From assembly GCA_045863335.1 (NCBI GenBank), contig BTVY01000041.1:16446-67914 (forward strand): a DNA stretch of 51,469 bases. Direction: 5' to 3'. The notes beneath the pieces were generated by a model that saw only the letters and a program-made list of their open reading frames with translations, searched no databases and had not been told where the DNA came from. How positions within the stretch are numbered: the stretch's first letter is position 1; each line of letters opens with the position of its first letter. Shown here piece by piece: positions 37,459-47,770 of this stretch. This stretch comes from Candidatus Hydrogenedentota bacterium. GTDB taxonomy: Bacteria > Hydrogenedentota > Hydrogenedentia > Hydrogenedentales > SLHB01. The position numbers and the translations under genes were made by a program.

Positions 37459-39822
37459 TTGCCCGTGTCAACCCGCATTCCAGAACAGCGCATCCCCCCG
37501 GTACGCGGTATCGTCACCACGCACAATCAGTGGGGAAGACCCTTTAACCTCATCGATCTCAAGCGTTGGCTGAGACTCAATCGAATCGTCTTTAACGCCG
37601 AAAAGGTTGATATTCTGGCGGATGCGCGCACCTTTCAGCATATGCCCGCGCTGCTGGAGTACGCTTCGGAACTGGGCCTTCGGGTAAGCCTGCGCGTTGC
37701 CTGCACTGAGCCGGTGCCGGATATTTCGGCGTGGAAAGACCTTGGGCTGCTCGATGTCTTTGTCACCGCGCCGCTTCGTGGTTCCACCCAACTCGAACCA
37801 TGGTTGAATGCCTGCCGCGATACGGGCCTGCCGTGTCGCGTGGAAGTGGCTGGGCCTGCCGGAGGCGATTCCGATCCCGTAACGCTCGCGAAAACGCTGA
37901 TGGCGGAGTCCGTGACGGCGGTAAACGTCATGGCCTTCGATCCCTTCGTCAATACGGATCGAGCCAGCAACGGTGAACAGACGGCCGCAACCGTGGGGTC
38001 CATGAATGCGCTCGCACGCGCGGTTTCGGCCGAGGGTACGGAGGTCAATCTCGTCCATCTGCCGTTCTGCGCGGTGGAGGTAGATCTGAGGCCTCACGTC
38101 GTCAATAGCCGCCAGTTTTGGTTGGACCATCAGCAGTACAATAAGGGGTCCTACGATCTCGCGGTGTCGTTGTACCGAAACATTCCGGCCGCGGTGGGCA
38201 AGATACTGCTGATTTTACTTGCCCGTTCCACCTTTCAACGGACCTTCGTCGACGCGGTGCTGCTGCGTCTGCTGTTGCACTCCCGGCTGATTTACGGGTG
38301 GTCCGTGGCATTGCACAAACTCACCGGACACCTACGAAACCGGCTGGGCAAACCGCGCGAAACTGCACCGACATTGGAAGCGCACGCGCAGAACGTCGAG
38401 AAACTCCGCGAACGCGAGCGGCGAATGCTGGGCCCGATTTGCGCAGAATGCTCCTTGCGCCGCATCTGCGATCGCATTCTTCCGGATGTGCGCCGCGTGT
38501 TGCCTGATATGGCGATTGAGGCGGTGCCGGGCGAACTGGTCGTGTCACCGATGCACTTCGCCCTCGCGCAACCCAAGCATTTCGATATCATTGACGCCGA
38601 ACGAATGACCGTGAGCGAGGGCGCAGCCGAACTCGTCAAAGAAGCGAACGCGTTGGTTGAGAACCGTGCGCCCGACCGCCAGATCATGCCCTACGAATAC
38701 ACGGTTGAGGGCGCGCCCTGGGAGCATCTGGAAGGCGGCGTTCGCTGGCATTCCATTACCAACACCGAGAAGCTCAGTTCGCCGCTCGGGTTTGTCGAGC
38801 CGCCTTTCACGATCTCCGTCACCTTCGGCGGAGGCATTGCCGAATACATCGGACTGAGCTTCGGGCGCCACTGCAAATTACTCTGCCCCATGGAAGGGTA
38901 TCGTCACATTCTCGTTTTGCACGTGGATCGCGATGGGCACTACGTGCTCCTGCGCGACGGCAAACAGGTCCGGCCCGTGGAGTTCGAGGGGATGTTCTAC
39001 GTCCCGTTGCGACTGGGCGGACGGTTGGAGCCGCGCATTTCCATCTGGAATATCGACGCGCAGATCGTCACGCAATTCGTGAAGATTTGGGACGTAGAAA
39101 GCGTCGATGCGACCGCGCCTCCGGAGGTCAAGTACTCAATCATCGTCGTCAATTCCCGGTACGCGCGCCGGCTCCAGGCCATGCTGCGCAGCATCGCGCA
39201 CCAGGAAGGAATCGACATTCGGAAGATCGAGGTTATCATCGCCTACATTCCGGGACTGGACGCGACGGATGATCTGATCGACAGCATGAATCAGACCTAT
39301 CCGGATCTGCGTATCCTCCGGTCGCCGTTCCCCGCGCAGAATGCCAATTCCAAAGGGTTCATGATCAACGAGTCCGCCCAGATGGCGTCGGGCGAGTGGA
39401 TCGTATTGATGGACGCCGATATCGTGATTGCGCCGGACATGTTCGCGCGCATTGAGGCGGTCGCCGGCGAGAACGATTTTATCGCGGCGGACGGGCGATT
39501 GATGCTGAGCAAGGAAACCACGGCAAAGGTTCTCATGGGCGAAGCGGAACCCTGGCGTCAATGGCAGGAACTCGTCAACAGCGCCTCGGAATACCGTTAC
39601 CGCGAAGCCAAAGGCGTGCCCGTTGGATTCTTCCAATGCTTTAAGCGCGCGTTCATGGACAAAGTGAAGTACGCTGAGTTGGACCATTTTGAAGGCGCGG
39701 ATATGTGGTTTGGCATGGCGTTGCAGGACACGTACGGTAAGGAGACCCGGTTGAGCGGGTCGCCGGTGCTTCATCTGGATCATGGCGGCAGCCAGTGGTA
39801 CGGTACGACGAAGCATTTCTAG
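37459..39822 (+). CDS. Multidomain protein A: radical-SAM-like barrel without CxxxCxxC + CxxCx5C + middle domain + GT-A glycosyltransferase
   Basis: LPFC and GPICAECSLRRICD; C-terminal YSIIVV, KGFMINE, MDADI (DxD), FEGAD and LHLDH. Confidence 0.75.
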   Translation: MPVSTRIPEQRIPPVRGIVTTHNQWGRPFNLIDLKRWLRLNRIVFNAEKVDILADARTFQHMPALLEYASELGLRVSLRVACTEPVPDISAWKDLGLLDVFVTAPLRGSTQLEPWLNACRDTGLPCRVEVAGPAGGDSDPVTLAKTLMAESVTAVNVMAFDPFVNTDRASNGEQTAATVGSMNALARAVSAEGTEVNLVHLPFCAVEVDLRPHVVNSRQFWLDHQQYNKGSYDLAVSLYRNIPAAVGKILLILLARSTFQRTFVDAVLLRLLLHSRLIYGWSVALHKLTGHLRNRLGKPRETAPTLEAHAQNVEKLRERERRMLGPICAECSLRRICDRILPDVRRVLPDMAIEAVPGELVVSPMHFALAQPKHFDIIDAERMTVSEGAAELVKEANALVENRAPDRQIMPYEYTVEGAPWEHLEGGVRWHSITNTEKLSSPLGFVEPPFTISVTFGGGIAEYIGLSFGRHCKLLCPMEGYRHILVLHVDRDGHYVLLRDGKQVRPVEFEGMFYVPLRLGGRLEPRISIWNIDAQIVTQFVKIWDVESVDATAPPEVKYSIIVVNSRYARRLQAMLRSIAHQEGIDIRKIEVIIAYIPGLDATDDLIDSMNQTYPDLRILRSPFPAQNANSKGFMINESAQMASGEWIVLMDADIVIAPDMFARIEAVAGENDFIAADGRLMLSKETTAKVLMGEAEPWRQWQELVNSASEYRYREAKGVPVGFFQCFKRAFMDKVKYAELDHFEGADMWFGMALQDTYGKETRLSGSPVLHLDHGGSQWYGTTKHF

Positions 39823-39835
39823 CGGGGACAACATC

Positions 39836-42184
39836 GTGACAGCAGCAACACGAGCGCGGCCATTGACGCCCGTGCGCGGGCTGGTCCTGGCGCAGAATGC
39901 CAAGGGCAAGCCCGTTTCGACGGTCGATCTGCAGCGATGGATCCGGCTGAACCGCGTCGTCTATAAAACCGAGAAGATCGACGTGCTCTTCCAGGGCTGC
40001 GATTGGGCTCGATTTGAATCGTTGGCATCCGCCGCTCGCGAACTCGATGTGGCGTTGAGTCTTCGCACGGACTGCTCCGAACCTCCGCCGTCCGCGAATG
40101 AACTGCAACAGGCAGCGCCCTGGGACGTATTTCTGTTTCCCGCAAAACCGGAAGCGCCGCAGTTTGTTGTATGGCTTCGCGCGGCGCAGGAGGCGAGCAT
40201 CCCCGCTCGGGTACAGATCTGCGGCCCCTTTGAACACGACCTCGACGTGGACGCGTTCGCGGATACGCTCGTTGCCCATGATGTAGTGTCGGTCAATGTT
40301 GCGGCGTACGATCCGATCGCGTCTAATGCGCCCTCGCGTAACGCGCGACACACGGAATCGACCATCGATCGCATCAACGCGCTGGCTGCGGCATGCCATG
40401 CGCGGGGCCTGGAAACCAACCTTCTGTGGCTGCCGTTTTGCGAAGTAGCCGAACCCAACCGGAAGCTTGCCCTCAACAGTAAGCAGTTTTTCGTGGACCA
40501 TCAACAGTACCAGCGCGATTCGTACACGTTGGCGGAGAAGTTGTGCGCGCGGCATCCGCATCGAATTCGTCTCGCGATCCTGATGCATCTCGAGCGATCG
40601 ACGTCGACCGGAAATCCTATCGACCGCATTCTGCTCCCCTGGATCATGGAACACCCCTGGGCGCGCGCGCGGGTTTGGGCGTTTCATAAACTGACCCGGC
40701 ACCGCCGCCAGGGCATGCCTCCGGCGCAGACCGAACCGTCACCCGCGGAGTACATGCTTGCCGCAGAACGTGCGAGCGACGAGCGCCGGCATGCGAAAGG
40801 CCCCATCTGCGCGGAATGCAGCCTGCACCGCATCTGCGACGGGCTGAGGCCGGAACTCGCGAAAGCGTTGCCCGGCATTGGAATCACCGCGCAACCGGGC
40901 GAGGCCGTGCTGGACCCCTTCCATTTTGCTGAAGAAAGGCCCCGGCATTTTGACAGCATCGATGAAGCGCGCCGGACCGCCGGACCGGATGAGGCTTTGG
41001 TCGAGGAGGCCAATGCGCTCGTGCTGAATCGCGCGCCGGATCGGGAGATCGGAGCGTTCGACTACCGCGCGGAAGGAACCTGGAGTTGGCCCTTGCCGGG
41101 TTGTCTGCGCTGGTTCTCCTTCACAAACAGCGAGAAGATCAGCACGCCGCTCACGCGCATCGATCCGCCGTTTACGTTGTCCGTCACCTTTGGCGGAGGT
41201 ATCGCGGAGTATATCGGGTTCGCGATTGGGCGGGGTTGCCGCCTGGTGTGCCCCATGACCGCGTATAGCCATCGCGTCTTGTTACACGTCGCTGCGGATG
41301 GACGCTACGTTTTGCTCCGCGATGGGGAGCCGGTTTCGCCGGTCCAGTTTGTAGGCTCCTACTACGCCCCGGCGCGCCTGGGCAAGGCGCTGGAGCCGCG
41401 CATTTCGATCTGGAACATCGACGGGACGATCGGCACGCAGGCCGTCTACCTGTGGCAGGGAGAAGTAGCGGAGACCGGGCCGCCTCCGATGCGGTTCTCC
41501 GTGGTCGTGGTCAGCACGCGTTACGCCCGGCGGCTTCAGGCGTGCCTCGAAAACCTGGTCCATCAGGAGGGCGTCGAGTTGAACGACATTGAGGTCATCG
41601 TGGCGTACGTGCCTGGCCTCGACGCCACGGAAGACGTCATCGACAGTATGCAACTCGCCCATCCGGAACTGCGGATCGTTCCAACTGCGTTTGCGCCGGA
41701 GCACGCGAAGACCAAAGGCCTGTTGCTCAATGAATGCCTCGGCAGAGCGCAGGGCGATTGGGTCCTCGTATTGGACGCGGACATCCTGCTCGCACCGAAC
41801 ATGCTGGCGAAGATGGCCAAACTTCCGGACGACTGTATGTTTACCATCCCCGACGGCAGGAAGATGTTGAGCCGCGAAGACACCGCGCGGGTACTGCTCG
41901 GCGAAGTCCGTCCGTGGGAGCAGTGGGAGACCCTGTTGCAGTCCGCGGGCGAATACCGCATGCGCGAAGCGGACGGCGTCCCCGTCGGGTATTGCCAATG
42001 CGTAAGGCGAGCGTGCCTCGATAAGGTTCAGTACGAGGAGATGCACCACTTCGAAGGGGCGGACTGGAAGTTCGGGAAAGACATGCGCGATACCTTCGGC
42101 ATGGAAAAGCGGCTCAGCGGAGTTCCTGTGCTCCACCTCGACCACGGCAGCAGCAACTGGTATGGCGCCGTTCGGCATTTTTGA
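39836..42184 (+). CDS. Multidomain protein B, tandem paralogue of protein A
   Basis: Same blocks: PVRG, DL.RW.RLNR, DHQQY, HKLT, GPICAECSL.RICD, SVTFGGGIAEYIG, LEPRISIWNID, LDADI, FEGAD and LHLDHG; GTG start after GGGGA. Confidence 0.75.
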   Translation: MTAATRARPLTPVRGLVLAQNAKGKPVSTVDLQRWIRLNRVVYKTEKIDVLFQGCDWARFESLASAARELDVALSLRTDCSEPPPSANELQQAAPWDVFLFPAKPEAPQFVVWLRAAQEASIPARVQICGPFEHDLDVDAFADTLVAHDVVSVNVAAYDPIASNAPSRNARHTESTIDRINALAAACHARGLETNLLWLPFCEVAEPNRKLALNSKQFFVDHQQYQRDSYTLAEKLCARHPHRIRLAILMHLERSTSTGNPIDRILLPWIMEHPWARARVWAFHKLTRHRRQGMPPAQTEPSPAEYMLAAERASDERRHAKGPICAECSLHRICDGLRPELAKALPGIGITAQPGEAVLDPFHFAEERPRHFDSIDEARRTAGPDEALVEEANALVLNRAPDREIGAFDYRAEGTWSWPLPGCLRWFSFTNSEKISTPLTRIDPPFTLSVTFGGGIAEYIGFAIGRGCRLVCPMTAYSHRVLLHVAADGRYVLLRDGEPVSPVQFVGSYYAPARLGKALEPRISIWNIDGTIGTQAVYLWQGEVAETGPPPMRFSVVVVSTRYARRLQACLENLVHQEGVELNDIEVIVAYVPGLDATEDVIDSMQLAHPELRIVPTAFAPEHAKTKGLLLNECLGRAQGDWVLVLDADILLAPNMLAKMAKLPDDCMFTIPDGRKMLSREDTARVLLGEVRPWEQWETLLQSAGEYRMREADGVPVGYCQCVRRACLDKVQYEEMHHFEGADWKFGKDMRDTFGMEKRLSGVPVLHLDHGSSNWYGAVRHF

Positions 42185-42379
42185 ACCTCGCTCTATTCTA
42201 ACTCATTTCTCCTCAGTCCTTTATGTTCGAAGGTTGTGCATTTCTCGGACTTAGGCTATTGTAGGTGCTCCGGGTGTGCGGGGCTGCTCCTCTCGTGATT
42301 GTCGTTCTTCGCGAACGTGCGCAACGTAATCCGGCTGCAAGGTAGACCAGGGCAAAACCGGTAATCGCAGGGGATTCGT

Positions 42380-45300
42380 ATGCGCATTCAAACCATGTCT
42401 CGAAGTGCGGTCGTTCTGGCTGCCGTAGCGCTCGTGGGGGCGACGGCGTCGGCACAAGGGGGCTTCCTGAATTTCGAGTCGCCTCAGGTACATCCGGTCG
42501 ATCTCAGTCCGGACGGGACGACACTGGCGGTCTGCAATACGGCGGACGACATGCTCGAGTTGTTCGATGTAAGCGGCGGGGTGCCGGTTCATGCGGGAAG
42601 CGTTGCGGTCGGAATCGATCCGGTTTCCGTACGCTTCCGTACCAACGCCGAAGTCTGGGTCGTGAACCACATCTCCGATTCGGTGAGTGTCGTCGACGTG
42701 GTTGCGCAACACGTATTCGGCACGCTGACTACCTTGGATGAACCTGCCGACGTGGTCTTCGCCGGGGCTCCGACCATGGCATTCGTTTCGTGCTCACAGG
42801 CGAACACGATCCAGCGGTTCGACCCGGGCAATTTCGCTGCTCCCCCCACGAGTATTGCGATTGAAGCGGAAGACCCCCGGGCGCTGGCGGTGAGTCCGGA
42901 TGGCATGACGGTTTACGCGGCGATCTTCGAATCCGGAAACGGCTCAACGTTGATTGCCGGCGGTAACGACGGCACGCTCGGCGGCTTCCCGACCAACGCG
43001 GCGATGGAAGACGCCGGCAATCCGTACGGTGGTGTCAACCCGCCGCCAAACGATCCTACCGACTCCAACATGGACAGCAACTTCTGGATTCCTGCCAAAG
43101 CGGCTAATGGAACACCCCCGCCGGTCGGCCTCATTGTAAAGAAGGACAGCGGCGGCGCATGGCGCGACGACAATGGTGAAGACTGGACGCCCTGGATCAC
43201 GGGTGCCAGCGCCGGTCTTTCGGGCCGTTACACGGGCTGGGACTTGATCGACCGCGATGTGGCGATTGTCACGGCATTGAACGCGCCCACGCCCGCCGTC
43301 GCGTACGCGGAAGAACTCATGAATGTTTGCATGGCCCTCGCGGTGAACCCGGCCAGCGGCGACATCACCGTTGTTGGTACGGACGGCATCAACGAGGTCC
43401 GCTTCGAACCCAACGTCAATGGCCGTTTCCTGCGCGTCAACATCGGCATCGTCGACGACGCCTCGCCCACGACCACGAGTGTCGTCGACTTGAACGCCGA
43501 GCATCTGGCGCTCGCGCAACCAGGCGGCGTCGACCCTTATGAGACACCGGCCGTTTCGCAAGTGGATCGCGACAAGTCCATCGGTGATCCGCGCGGCATC
43601 GTCTGGAACAGCGCCGGCACCCGCGGCTACATCACCGGCATGGGCTCAAACAATCTGGTTGTTGTCGATGCCAACGGCGACCGCGTGGTCACGGGAGCCA
43701 CCACGGAACTGCGGCCGGGGCCGACGGGCCTTGTGTTGAGCCAGGACGAAACCCGGCTCTATGTGTTGAATCGTTTTGATGCGTCGGTTTCGGTCTTAGA
43801 TACGACCACGCTTCTAGAAACGGCCAACGTGCCCTTCCACGATTCGACCCCCATGTCCATTCGTACCGGCCGCAAACATCTCTACGATACCCACAAGAAT
43901 TCTGGCCTCGGCCATGTCGCGTGTGCGTCCTGCCACGTAGACGGACGAATGGATCGCCTTGCGTGGGACTTGGGCGATCCCTCCGGTGCGATCAAGCCCT
44001 TGTCCGGCACGGGGAACCCGCCGCAACACAATCTTGGCGCGAACATTCCGGGACTGTTAGAAGGTGGAACCTCGCCCGCATTCGAAGACTTCCATCCCAT
44101 GAAGGGGCCTATGACGACTCAGACCCTGATTGACATCATCGGCAAAGAGCCATTCCACTGGCGCGGCGATCGCGATGGTCTTGAAGAGTTCAACGATGCC
44201 TTCATGACCTTGCAGGGAGACGACCAGATCCTGACGCCGCAGGAGATGCAGGAGTTCGAAGACTTCCTGGCGACGACCCACTTCCCGCCAAACCCGTTCC
44301 GCAACTTCGACAATACGTTGCCGACCAACTTGCCGCTGCCGGGTCAGTTCTCCAACGGGCGTTTCTTTGGATCGGGTGGGCTCGCGGAAGGCGCTGCGCT
44401 TCCAAACGGCGACGCGGTGCGCGGTCTGGAGATCTACCGGGATCAGGGCAACAAACTCGATAGCGGAAACTTCACCTGCGTAATCTGCCACACCCTTCCG
44501 ACCGGCGCAGGGACGGACAGCCGGTTCGACGGAGTGTCCGCATTCGATCCGATTCCGCCAGGTCCTATGGGCGAACGTCATCTGGCGCTGGTCTCGGTGG
44601 ATGGCTCTACAAATCGCGCCATCAAAACGCCTCAACTGCGCAACCAATACGACAAAGCGGGTTTCGAGTTGACGCCAGGAAATCCGAGCCTCGCCGGATT
44701 CGGGCTGCTCCATGACGGCAGCATTGACTCCATATCCCGTTTCGTATCGGAACCTGTATTCGAAGTGACGTCGGACCAGGATGTGGCCGATCTGACGGCG
44801 TTGATTATGGCGTTTTCCGGGGGCTTCGACTTCGCACCGCCCAATCCGGGACCAGACCCCGAGGCCCCAGGGCCGCCGAGCCAGGACGTCCCGGCTGCGG
44901 TCGGCAAGCAAGACACCATCGACAGCGCCGCGAAGGATGTGAGTTTAATCAATGCCATGATCGCCTTGGCGGACGCGGGAGACGTGGACGTCATTGCGAA
45001 GAGCCTGATCGCCGGCGACCCACGCGGATGGGTCTACACCGGGTCTGGACAGTTCACGGGCGATCGAGCCGACGAGCCGGCATACCCCACCGCCTCTCTC
45101 GTTGCACTGGCCGCGCCGGGCAACGAAGTCACGTTCACCGTCGAACCGGCAGGCTCCGGCCAGCGCACGGGCATCGACCGGGATCGCGACAACCTCCTGA
45201 ACTACGACGAGACGCGCGATCTCGACCCCGTTACCCCAGGGGTGCAAAACCCCTTCGATCCGGCCAGCGCAGACTCCACCGGAGACAACGGACAGAACAC

Positions 45301-45511
45301 GCCCGACGGCATCCCGGACAATTTCAATGACTACGACGGCGACGGGTTCAGCAATGCGGCGGAGTTCTTCGCGGGGACCAACCCCGCGGACGAGAATGAT
45401 CTGCCGGGAGTACCGACCCAATCCAGGTGGGGATTGATACTGCTCGTCGCGATGATGATTGCGGGATCAACGCGGGTTGCGGTTCGTTCCCGTACGAAGC
45501 AGACGGATTGA
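42380..45511 (+). CDS. Secreted beta-propeller + di-heme c-type cytochrome protein with acidic Ca-binding-like repeats and IPTL-CTERM-like tail
   Basis: Signal peptide; NFESPQVHP and YVTN-like blades; CASCH and CVICH; DRDRDN and DYDGDG repeats; VPTQSRWGLILLVAMM...RSR tail. Confidence 0.82.
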   Translation: MRIQTMSRSAVVLAAVALVGATASAQGGFLNFESPQVHPVDLSPDGTTLAVCNTADDMLELFDVSGGVPVHAGSVAVGIDPVSVRFRTNAEVWVVNHISDSVSVVDVVAQHVFGTLTTLDEPADVVFAGAPTMAFVSCSQANTIQRFDPGNFAAPPTSIAIEAEDPRALAVSPDGMTVYAAIFESGNGSTLIAGGNDGTLGGFPTNAAMEDAGNPYGGVNPPPNDPTDSNMDSNFWIPAKAANGTPPPVGLIVKKDSGGAWRDDNGEDWTPWITGASAGLSGRYTGWDLIDRDVAIVTALNAPTPAVAYAEELMNVCMALAVNPASGDITVVGTDGINEVRFEPNVNGRFLRVNIGIVDDASPTTTSVVDLNAEHLALAQPGGVDPYETPAVSQVDRDKSIGDPRGIVWNSAGTRGYITGMGSNNLVVVDANGDRVVTGATTELRPGPTGLVLSQDETRLYVLNRFDASVSVLDTTTLLETANVPFHDSTPMSIRTGRKHLYDTHKNSGLGHVACASCHVDGRMDRLAWDLGDPSGAIKPLSGTGNPPQHNLGANIPGLLEGGTSPAFEDFHPMKGPMTTQTLIDIIGKEPFHWRGDRDGLEEFNDAFMTLQGDDQILTPQEMQEFEDFLATTHFPPNPFRNFDNTLPTNLPLPGQFSNGRFFGSGGLAEGAALPNGDAVRGLEIYRDQGNKLDSGNFTCVICHTLPTGAGTDSRFDGVSAFDPIPPGPMGERHLALVSVDGSTNRAIKTPQLRNQYDKAGFELTPGNPSLAGFGLLHDGSIDSISRFVSEPVFEVTSDQDVADLTALIMAFSGGFDFAPPNPGPDPEAPGPPSQDVPAAVGKQDTIDSAAKDVSLINAMIALADAGDVDVIAKSLIAGDPRGWVYTGSGQFTGDRADEPAYPTASLVALAAPGNEVTFTVEPAGSGQRTGIDRDRDNLLNYDETRDLDPVTPGVQNPFDPASADSTGDNGQNTPDGIPDNFNDYDGDGFSNAAEFFAGTNPADENDLPGVPTQSRWGLILLVAMMIAGSTRVAVRSRTKQTD

Positions 45512-45534
45512 GCGGCGTACTTACTTCGCCGTTA

Positions 45535-46047
45535 CTATTCGTCGCGGTAAGTTGAAAGCAGATCTAGATAGGATCCGGTTTCAAGATCGCTTTCGGCGAT
45601 CTCGAACTCCGTTCGCAGAAACGAGAGCTTTGCGAAGCCGTCTTGGTCGCCAAATTCATCGGACAAGACCGCCTCGAACTCCAGGTAATCGCCGAGCCCC
45701 ACGACCCGGTCGATATGGATTCGAACGTTCCGCCACAACCACAAGGTGCGGACCTTGTCGACGACGCCCATCGTGCCAAGGGCCGCGGCGAGGGTCTCCT
45801 TCAAGGTGGAAGACGCGGGTTCGATGAAATAGTCGCTGGCCTTTGAATCGGCCACGTCGGGACGCCGGTAGTAGACGAGATAGTCCTCGCCCGAATCGCA
45901 CTCCCGCAGTTTCATGCGCCCGTTCGCCACGGGGAAATAGGTGTCGACTTGGTGGATGTCGCCCTTCGGCTCGGCACCAATGCGCGCACAGACGGCGAGC
46001 GCGTGGGAACGATCGCGGAGGCGCGCCTTGAGTTCGATATTGCGCAT
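45535..46047 (-). CDS. CYTH domain protein (class IV adenylate cyclase/triphosphatase family)
   Basis: NIELKAR, QVDTYF, KLRE, K.RTLW and HIDRVVGLGDYLEFE. Confidence 0.9.
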   Translation of the reverse strand: MRNIELKARLRDRSHALAVCARIGAEPKGDIHQVDTYFPVANGRMKLRECDSGEDYLVYYRRPDVADSKASDYFIEPASSTLKETLAAALGTMGVVDKVRTLWLWRNVRIHIDRVVGLGDYLEFEAVLSDEFGDQDGFAKLSFLRTEFEIAESDLETGSYLDLLSTYRDE

Positions 46048-46062
46048 GGGGGCGGTGGTCCG

Positions 46063-46749
46063 TCAGACCGTCTTGCGCGCAGCGGCTACGTCCGCCTTGA
46101 ACTGCGTGAACGTCTCGCCCAAGCTGCCGTTGTTCTTGAAGATACTCGAGGTGCCCATCACAAAAATGCGCGCGCCCATATTGGCCAACACGGCGGCATT
46201 GTGGACGTCGATATTGCCGTCCACCTCGATATCGATGCGCCGCTCCCGGTAATCCACGTTCTCCTTCAGGATCTTTACCCGTTCGAAAGCGCCCGGAATA
46301 ATGCGCTGCCCCGCGTAACCGGGATCGACGGTCATGACCATGATGCGGTCGACATAATCCAGCAGGAAGTCCAGCTTCGTAAGCGGCGTCGCGGGATTGA
46401 TGGCAATGGCGGGTGAAGCGCCGGCCGCGCGAATTTGATCTAGCGTGCGGTGCGCGTGCGGGCAGGTCTCCACATGCACAGACACCACGTCGCAGCCCGC
46501 GTCGACGAAGCGCTCAATGTAGTCTTCCGGTTTCGTAATCATCAGGTGGGCGTGACAGGGCAACCCGCACACGCCCTTGGCGGCCTTGATGAAGTCCACG
46601 CCCAGCGTGAAGTTCGGGACGAACAGGCCGTCCATGATGTCGAAGTGCAGTTCGTCGCATCCGGCCGCTTCGAGGGCCTTCAGATCCTCTTCCAACCGCG
46701 CGAGGTTCGCGCACATGACCGAGGCGGCGTATTTCAGTTCATCCGGCAC
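46063..46749 (-). CDS. rpe: Ribulose-phosphate 3-epimerase
   Basis: HFDIMDGLFVPN, HLM, AINPATP, VMTVDPGYAGQ and EVDG. Confidence 0.93.
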   Translation of the reverse strand: MPDELKYAASVMCANLARLEEDLKALEAAGCDELHFDIMDGLFVPNFTLGVDFIKAAKGVCGLPCHAHLMITKPEDYIERFVDAGCDVVSVHVETCPHAHRTLDQIRAAGASPAIAINPATPLTKLDFLLDYVDRIMVMTVDPGYAGQRIIPGAFERVKILKENVDYRERRIDIEVDGNIDVHNAAVLANMGARIFVMGTSSIFKNNGSLGETFTQFKADVAAARKTV

Positions 46750-46753
46750 GGGT

Positions 46754-47680
46754 TTAGTGTCCTTTCTGTTTCAGGAAATCGTCCACGGTGGCGCGATGCG
46801 GCATGGACCGCTGCGCGCCGTGCATGGTGGTCGCCAGCGCGCCGGTTGCGTTCGCAAAACGAATGGCCTCAAGCGGCGGCTTACGGCGCCACGCGATGGT
46901 CAGGGCCGCGGTGAAGGCATCGCCCGCGGCCACCGTGTCCACGGCTTCCACCTGGTAGGCGGGCACGTGAATCCATTCCTTACCGCTCATGTACAGTGCC
47001 CCGCCGGCGCCCATCTTGATGACCGCACTCTTGGCGCCCATGGCGAGCAGTTGCGCCGCCGCCTGGCGCGCGTCATCTACGGTGCTGACGGCGACGCCGG
47101 TCATCGCTTCCGCCTCGGTTTCGTTCGGGGACACAATGTCCGCCAACTCGACGATCGATTCGGGGACCTTCTGCGCCGGGCCCGCATCGAGCACCGACAG
47201 CACATTGGCCGCACGCGCTTTACGAAGCAGGGCCTCGACCGTTTCCAACGGGATCTCGAGTTGCGTCATCACGGCGTCGAGCGTCTCGAACAGGGGGCTG
47301 AGCTTTTCGATGTGCGCGGGCGTGATCCCGTAGTTCGCGGCAGGCGTCACGATGATGGAGTTTTGCCCCTCGTCGGCGACCATGATTACCGCGGTCCCGG
47401 TAGGTTCCTCGGGGTGTTTGTTCAGGTACGTGAGATCGATGCCTTCCTCGCTCAAGGTCTGCCGCTGCAAGGTGCCGAACGTGTCGTTCCCCACGCACCC
47501 GGCAAAATGGACCTGCGCCCCAAGCCGCGCCGCCGCCACTGCCTGATTCGCGCCCTTACCGCCGCAGACCGTCGAGAAGGACGAACCGATCATGGATTCG
47601 CCGGGTTTGGGGCAACGGGGGACGCGCGTAACCAGATCGATATTGGCACTTCCCACCACCAGGATTCGCGGCGTCGTCAC
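46754..47680 (-). CDS. rbsK: Ribokinase
   Basis: VVGSANIDLV, GGKGANQAVAAARLG, QLEIP, PNETEA and DTVAAGDAF; GTG start after GGAGGAG. Confidence 0.94.
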   Translation of the reverse strand: MTTPRILVVGSANIDLVTRVPRCPKPGESMIGSSFSTVCGGKGANQAVAAARLGAQVHFAGCVGNDTFGTLQRQTLSEEGIDLTYLNKHPEEPTGTAVIMVADEGQNSIIVTPAANYGITPAHIEKLSPLFETLDAVMTQLEIPLETVEALLRKARAANVLSVLDAGPAQKVPESIVELADIVSPNETEAEAMTGVAVSTVDDARQAAAQLLAMGAKSAVIKMGAGGALYMSGKEWIHVPAYQVEAVDTVAAGDAFTAALTIAWRRKPPLEAIRFANATGALATTMHGAQRSMPHRATVDDFLKQKGH

Positions 47681-47770
47681 GGGTTCTCCTCCAGTTGGCA
47701 AATTTGGAGGAATCATCCCACGATTGGCGTGGAACAGGCAAGGCGGATGTGATTCGGCTCAGGCGAGCGG

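Noticed and set aside
42345-42379. c-di-GMP-I riboswitch-like GGGCAAAACC before the heme protein
   Set aside because: No GNRA-capped stem or GACGCAAA element follows.
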